A stretch of 18,247 nt of DNA. Source: Defluviicoccus vanus. Lineage in GTDB: Bacteria > Pseudomonadota > Alphaproteobacteria > Rhodospirillales > Defluviicoccaceae. The stretch is taken from assembly GCF_014672695.1 (NCBI RefSeq), contig NZ_CP053923.1:951827-970073 (forward strand), written 5' to 3'. Of the stretch, positions 14,192-18,247 are shown piece after piece (within the stretch, counting starts at the first letter, position 1; each line of letters opens with the position of its first letter). The translations under genes and the position numbers were made by a program. The notes below the pieces were generated by a model. That model was not told the DNA's origin. It saw only the letters and a program-made list of their open reading frames with translations, and did not search any database.

Positions 14192-16201
14192 ATGCCTATC
14201 ACTCGAAAGCTCTGGCTCAGTCTCCTAGCGCTCGGTGCCGCCATCATGGCCCCAACGCCTCCGGCGTCTGCGCAGTCGATGCTCCAAGGGCAGGTCCTCG
14301 GCGCGGGCGCGCCGATCGCCGAGTCCACCGTGACCTTATGGGCGGCGAGTCCGGGCGCGCCGAAACAGTTGGCACAGGCGCGCACCGGCACTGACGGCCG
14401 GTTCACGCTCACCGAAGACGGGGCGCCCACCCAGGATTCGATCCTTTATGTCATCGCCAAGGGTGGTATTCCATCGGCCAATAAGGCCGGCGGCAACAAT
14501 CCGGCGATCGCGCTGATGACCGTGCTGGGGACGACGGCGCCAAAGACCGTAACCATCAACGAACTCACCACCGTGGCCTCGGCGTTTACCGCCGCGCGCT
14601 TCATCACCGGGGAATTGATCTCCGGGAACGGGCTCGGACTGCGGATTGCCGCCGGGAACGTGCCCAACCTGGTGGACCCGGCGACCGGCGGGTGGGGCAA
14701 AGTGCTCCTGGATCCGCTCAACAGCACCCAAACCACGACGCTCGCGAACCTGGACACACTCGGCTCGCTGATCTCCGCTTTCTTCACCGTGGCGAACGAC
14801 GATTGGCGCGCGCGCTTCCTCAAGTCCGCAACCCCAACCGGCGGCGCGACCCCCAAGACCACCCTCGAGGCGATGGCGGGCATTGCCCGCGAGCCGTGGG
14901 CCCACCCTCAGGATCTCTTCGCGCTGTTCGAAGAAGCCTACCCGCAGCCGAAGGATGGCGCCCGGCGAGAGGCGCCGTTCGTGCCATACCTTGCCTGGAC
15001 CCCGCCCGACTTCGCCCTCAGCCTCTGTTTCGCGGGCGGCGGGGTGTACGCCAATGGCCGGTTCATGTTCGATGCGGACGGCAACCTGTGGAGCGGCCAG
15101 AACTGGATGCCCGGCTCCCAATCCGGCGTTCGCAAGAGCATCGGTGGCGGCGTGGTCAAGTTCACCCCCAACGGGATTCCGCTCTCCCCGCCGATCACCG
15201 GCTTCACCGGCATGGGCATAGACGGAGTCGGCTGGGGTACCGCGGTTACGCTCGACAAGGTCTGGATCACCAGCTTCAACGGCAAAATCCTGGTGATGGA
15301 CCTCAACGGCAAACCGATCGGCTCGGAGAGCGACTTCCCCTTCAAAGAGAAGTTCCTCGGCCTGATGGGCGTCGGTGTCGCGGCGAACGGCGACGTCTGG
15401 ATTGCCGATGGCTCGGACAACCAGTTGCTGCACTTCCCCGGCGGCCGAGTGAAGGACGGACGGATCGTCAAGGTCGCGGGGCTGAAGTCTCCCTTCGACA
15501 TCGTCATCGACGCGCAAAATCGAGTCTGGGTCGCCAACTCCCAGTCGGACACGGTCGTGCGGTTCCCGGCCGACGATCCCACGAAGGTGGAATCCTTCCG
15601 GGCCGGAATCAGTGTCCGCGGCCTTGCACTCGACTCGAAGAGTAACGTCTGGGTGGCGAGCCTTCTCTCGCTGGACTTCCCGGTACCGCACATTCCCGAC
15701 GGCGCATCCATCATGGAGCAGTTCGGGCTCCTGGCTGGAGCCGCTCTGCATTATCCCCACCCAACCGGATTGGTCAGCATGATCCGCCCCGACGGCACGC
15801 AACCCGTGCCGACGGGCTTCACTGGCGGCGGCGCCGTCGATATCCCGTGGGGCCTGAACATCGACGGCAATGACGACGTCTGGGTCGCCAATCTATCGCC
15901 TCGTACAAGGGCCGTGGTGCTGATGGCCGGCGCCGACCCGAAGGGTCACCCCGCAGGCACGAAAACCGGCGACGTCATCCATATGTTCGAGGGCGGCAGT
16001 ATCCAGATGCTCACCGACGTGGCGATCGATCCGGCCGGCAATGTCTGGGCGGCAAACAACTGGAATGTCCCCGAAGCGGCGGTCGGCGACCCTCCGGTCT
16101 ACCGCACGTCGACCTGGGGCGGTGGGTCGGGCTTCACGATCATCTATGGCGTGGCGGCCCCGGTGAAGCCGCCACGGATCGGCGAAGTGCGCAAACCGTA
16201 G
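14192..16201 (+). CDS. Secreted hypothetical protein with a C-terminal NHL-like beta-propeller repeat region (669 aa)
   Basis: This is the internal ATG of listed ORF 14090..16201. From 14192 the product starts MPITRKLWLSLLALGAAIMAPTPPASAQS, a Sec-type signal peptide. A short beta-sandwich-like segment follows (LQGQVLGAGAPIAESTVTLWAA...TGTDGRFTL). Repeated blade-like motifs are DVWIADGSDNQLLHF, NRVWVANSQSDTVVRF, NVWVASL, DVWVANLS and NVWAANNWN. The family assignment is only approximate. Confidence 0.7.
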   Translation: MPITRKLWLSLLALGAAIMAPTPPASAQSMLQGQVLGAGAPIAESTVTLWAASPGAPKQLAQARTGTDGRFTLTEDGAPTQDSILYVIAKGGIPSANKAGGNNPAIALMTVLGTTAPKTVTINELTTVASAFTAARFITGELISGNGLGLRIAAGNVPNLVDPATGGWGKVLLDPLNSTQTTTLANLDTLGSLISAFFTVANDDWRARFLKSATPTGGATPKTTLEAMAGIAREPWAHPQDLFALFEEAYPQPKDGARREAPFVPYLAWTPPDFALSLCFAGGGVYANGRFMFDADGNLWSGQNWMPGSQSGVRKSIGGGVVKFTPNGIPLSPPITGFTGMGIDGVGWGTAVTLDKVWITSFNGKILVMDLNGKPIGSESDFPFKEKFLGLMGVGVAANGDVWIADGSDNQLLHFPGGRVKDGRIVKVAGLKSPFDIVIDAQNRVWVANSQSDTVVRFPADDPTKVESFRAGISVRGLALDSKSNVWVASLLSLDFPVPHIPDGASIMEQFGLLAGAALHYPHPTGLVSMIRPDGTQPVPTGFTGGGAVDIPWGLNIDGNDDVWVANLSPRTRAVVLMAGADPKGHPAGTKTGDVIHMFEGGSIQMLTDVAIDPAGNVWAANNWNVPEAAVGDPPVYRTSTWGGGSGFTIIYGVAAPVKPPRIGEVRKP

Positions 16202-16219
16202 GTGATGGGAGACACGGGC

Positions 16220-17091
16220 ATGACACGCCTAGGTTCACTGGGCGCGGTTTTGCTTGCTCTGTCGTTCCTCTCGACCGGCGCCGCCGCGCAGACGCCGGCG
16301 CCGAACCCGGTGCCGGCGCCGATGAGGGGAAGGCGGATGCCCCAAGAGCCGACGACACCGAGGCGCTGGCGAAGCAGGCGCAGAACCCGATCGCCAACCT
16401 GATCAGCGTGCCGTTCCAGAACAACACGACCTTCGATTACGGGCCGCGGCACCGCACGCAGAACATCTTCAACATCCAGCCGGTTCTGCCGTTCACGCTG
16501 AACGAGGACTGGAACCTGATCACGCGTTGGATTCTGCCGATCGTCCACCAGCCGTCGCTCGCCAGAGGCGATAGTTCCGACACCGGGACGGGGAACCTCA
16601 ACCCGACACTGTTCCTCTCGACCTCGGTGGCGAAGGATGTTCTCGTCGGATTCGGTCCGACGTTTCTGTTGCCGACCGCGTCGAGCAACGAACTCGGCAC
16701 CAAGAAGTGGGGCGCCGGTCCCTCGGCCGTGGCCGTGTGGACGCCGGGCCACTGGCTCGTCGGCACGCTCGTCAACAACATCTGGTCGTTTGCCGGCCCG
16801 GACAGAAACCAGTCGACGGTCAACCAGTTTCTGGCCCAGCCGTTCATCAACTACAACCTGTCCGATGGCTGGTACCTCACGAGCGCGCCGATCATCACCG
16901 CCAACTGGGAAGCCGACAGATCGGCCGACACATGGACCGTGCCGGTCGGCGGCGGCTTTGGCAAGCTGTCCCGCATCGACCCGTTACCGCCGATCAACGC
17001 CGAGTTGCAGGTGTTCCGCCTCGCCGAAGCGCCGCGCCACGGCGGCACCTGGGCGCTGCGCACGCAAGTGCAGTTCCTGTTTCCGAAGTAA
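16220..17091 (+). pseudogene. Outer-membrane beta-barrel protein of the MetA-pathway / 'transporter' type, apparently split by a frameshift
   Basis: The frame from ATG 16220 encodes only a signal peptide, MTRLGSLGAVLLALSFLSTGAAAQTPAPNPVPAP, then nonsense up to a stop at 16402. The frame of listed ORF 16408..17091 is open upstream and reads ...DEGKADAPRADDTEALAKQAQNPIANLISVPFQNNTTFDYG...WNLITRWILPIV...ALRTQVQFLFPK, a mature barrel with a C-terminal aromatic-rich strand. The two frames must be joined at about 16295-16345. The family call is from memory of similar proteins. Confidence 0.6.
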
Positions 17092-17215
17092 GTGCGGGCG
17101 AGGGATGATCACGCGGTTGCTGAGCGCGTCATAGCAGAAGCCAGCGCAACCGAGGCTGAAATCGACGCACCTGATGCTGTGGACGGCTCTCCACCCGGCA
17201 TCGGAGTGCCATAGA

Positions 17216-17238
17216 GTGGTTATTGCTGAGGTAACCAC
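17216..17238 (+). other. Hairpin gtggtta-ttgctgagg-taaccac (7-bp stem, 9-nt loop) just upstream of the IS110 RBS
   Basis: Read directly from the sequence. It sits 7 nt before aaggag (17245-17250), in the non-coding left end of the second IS110-family element. Confidence 0.4.
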
Positions 17239-17258
17239 GCTGAAAAGGAGAGCCGCCC

Positions 17259-18247
17259 GTGGGAGAGGTTACGACGATTGGTCTCGACATTGCCAAGTCC
17301 GTATTTCAGGTCCATGGCGTCGACGCCGATGGACAGGTCGTCCTCCGCCAGCGCCTGACCCGCGCCCGCGTCTTGCCATTTTTCCGCAAACAGCCGGCAT
17401 GCCGCGTCGGCATTGAGGCGTGCGCCACGGCACACCACTGGGCACGTGAACTCCTCACCCTTGGCCACGACGTCCGGCTGATGCCGCCGGCCTACGTCAA
17501 ACCCTACGTCAAGCGGCAGAAGAACGACGCCGCCGACGCCGAAGCGATCTGCGAGGCGGTCGGGCGGCCAACCATGCGCTTCGTTCCGGTGAAGACGGTC
17601 GAGCAGCAGAGCGTGATGATGCTGCATCGCGTCCGGCTGATGCTGACCCGCCAGCGCACCCAGGTCGGCAACGCCATCCGCGCGCACCTCGCCGAGCTGG
17701 GCATCGTCGCACCGGTCGGCCGCAAGGGGCTGGCGAGCCTGCTCGCGATCATCGCCGACGAGACCGACGCACGGCTGCCGGCGGCCATGCGCTGTTGCCT
17801 CGCAATGCTAGCCGAACAGCTGCAGCTTCTGAGTGTGCAGATCCAAGAGAACGACCGTGCCATCCGTGAAACGATCCGCACCAGCGAGGTCGCCCGCCGG
17901 CTGATGGCAATCCCCGGCGTCGGTCCGCTGCTCGCCAGTGCCCTGGTCGCCAGCATTGCCGATCCGGCCACGTTCAAGTCCGGCCGCAACCTCGCCGCCT
18001 GGATCGGCCTCGTTCCGAAGCAGAACTCGAGCGGCGGCAAGGAGCGACTGGGGAGCATCAGCAAGCAGGGCAACCGCTATCTGCGGCAGTTGCTGGTTGT
18101 CGGCGCGCTGGCCGTCATCCGCCAAGCCCAGCGATACGGCAGCAAGCGGGCCTGGCTGATCGGGCTGATGGGCCGGCGGGCCACCCGGGTCGCGGCGGTG
18201 GCGCTCGCCAACAAAACGGCGCGGATGGCCTGGGCGATCATGACCTC
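17259..18247 (+). CDS. IS110-family transposase/recombinase, second and different copy; partial (329 codons, runs off the right edge)
   Basis: Absent from the ORF track because it has a GTG start and no stop in the window. GTG at 17259 follows aaggag with an 8-nt spacer. The product reads VGEVTTIGLDIAKSVFQVHGVDADGQVVL...IEACATAHHWARELLTLGHDVRLMPPAYVKPYVKRQKNDAADAEAI...IPGVGPLLASALVASIADPATFKSGRNLAAWIGLVPKQNSSGGKERLGSISKQGNRYLRQLLVVGA... It is roughly half identical to the 1461..2471 protein by eye. Confidence 0.9.
   Translation, partial: MGEVTTIGLDIAKSVFQVHGVDADGQVVLRQRLTRARVLPFFRKQPACRVGIEACATAHHWARELLTLGHDVRLMPPAYVKPYVKRQKNDAADAEAICEAVGRPTMRFVPVKTVEQQSVMMLHRVRLMLTRQRTQVGNAIRAHLAELGIVAPVGRKGLASLLAIIADETDARLPAAMRCCLAMLAEQLQLLSVQIQENDRAIRETIRTSEVARRLMAIPGVGPLLASALVASIADPATFKSGRNLAAWIGLVPKQNSSGGKERLGSISKQGNRYLRQLLVVGALAVIRQAQRYGSKRAWLIGLMGRRATRVAAVALANKTARMAWAIMT

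Noticed and set aside
13921-14430. The minus-strand 169-aa ORF as a real gene
   Set aside because: Its 5' half is antisense to the convincing signal peptide of the 14192 gene and looks non-protein-like. Only the 3' part (13921-14165) is plausible, and I cannot assign it. It is reported only as a possible remnant.
14336-15802. The 488-aa minus-strand ORF, and the + strand ORFs 14692..15645 and 14883..15221, within the propeller gene
   Set aside because: They are alternative frames of a gene with a signal peptide and repeated blade motifs. Their products are Arg/Gly/Pro-rich with no motifs.
1461-18247. The two IS110-family elements forming a composite transposon around the 15-kb segment
   Set aside because: The two recombinases are only about half identical by eye and have unrelated upstream regions. 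The enclosed DNA contains core housekeeping genes (mfd, recG). IS110-family elements do not mobilise DNA as classical composite transposons.
1-18247. CRISPR arrays, tRNA or rRNA genes, integrase genes
   Set aside because: I saw no regularly spaced direct repeats, no cloverleaf-like or rRNA-like sequence, and no tyrosine or serine integrase motifs. The absence is judged by eye only.

Overview
High-GC chromosomal segment (42 G+C of 60 nt at 7021-7080 by hand count) that looks alphaproteobacterial. Core, ordinary part (5.9-17.1 kb): mfd (-), an sdhE-like DUF339 gene (-), recG (+), a ZntB/CorA-type transporter (+), a Tat-exported beta-carbonic anhydrase (-), a secreted beta-propeller protein (+) and an apparently frameshifted outer-membrane barrel gene (+). 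The left 6 kb is an insertion-sequence mosaic. It holds a partial IS701-family element, an orphan RelB/DinJ antitoxin with a truncated toxin stub, a 40-bp repeat family that includes a MITE-like unit, an IS110-family element, an ISAs1-family remnant and a complete IS4-family element with inverted repeats and a 9-bp target duplication. Between the ISAs1 remnant and the IS4 element lies a ~1.5 kb low-GC island (23 G+C of 60 nt at 3181-3240). It encodes a TIR-domain protein with a long Pro/Ser-rich tail, followed by a start-poor ORF ending in a transmembrane helix. The two reading frames overlap and could be joined by a -1 shift at a GGGTTTT heptamer. This island is the best candidate for an uncharacterised defence or abortive-infection module. 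A second, different IS110-family element runs off the right edge. I recognised no rRNA, tRNA or CRISPR array. All homology calls are made by eye from motifs and need HMM or BLAST confirmation.
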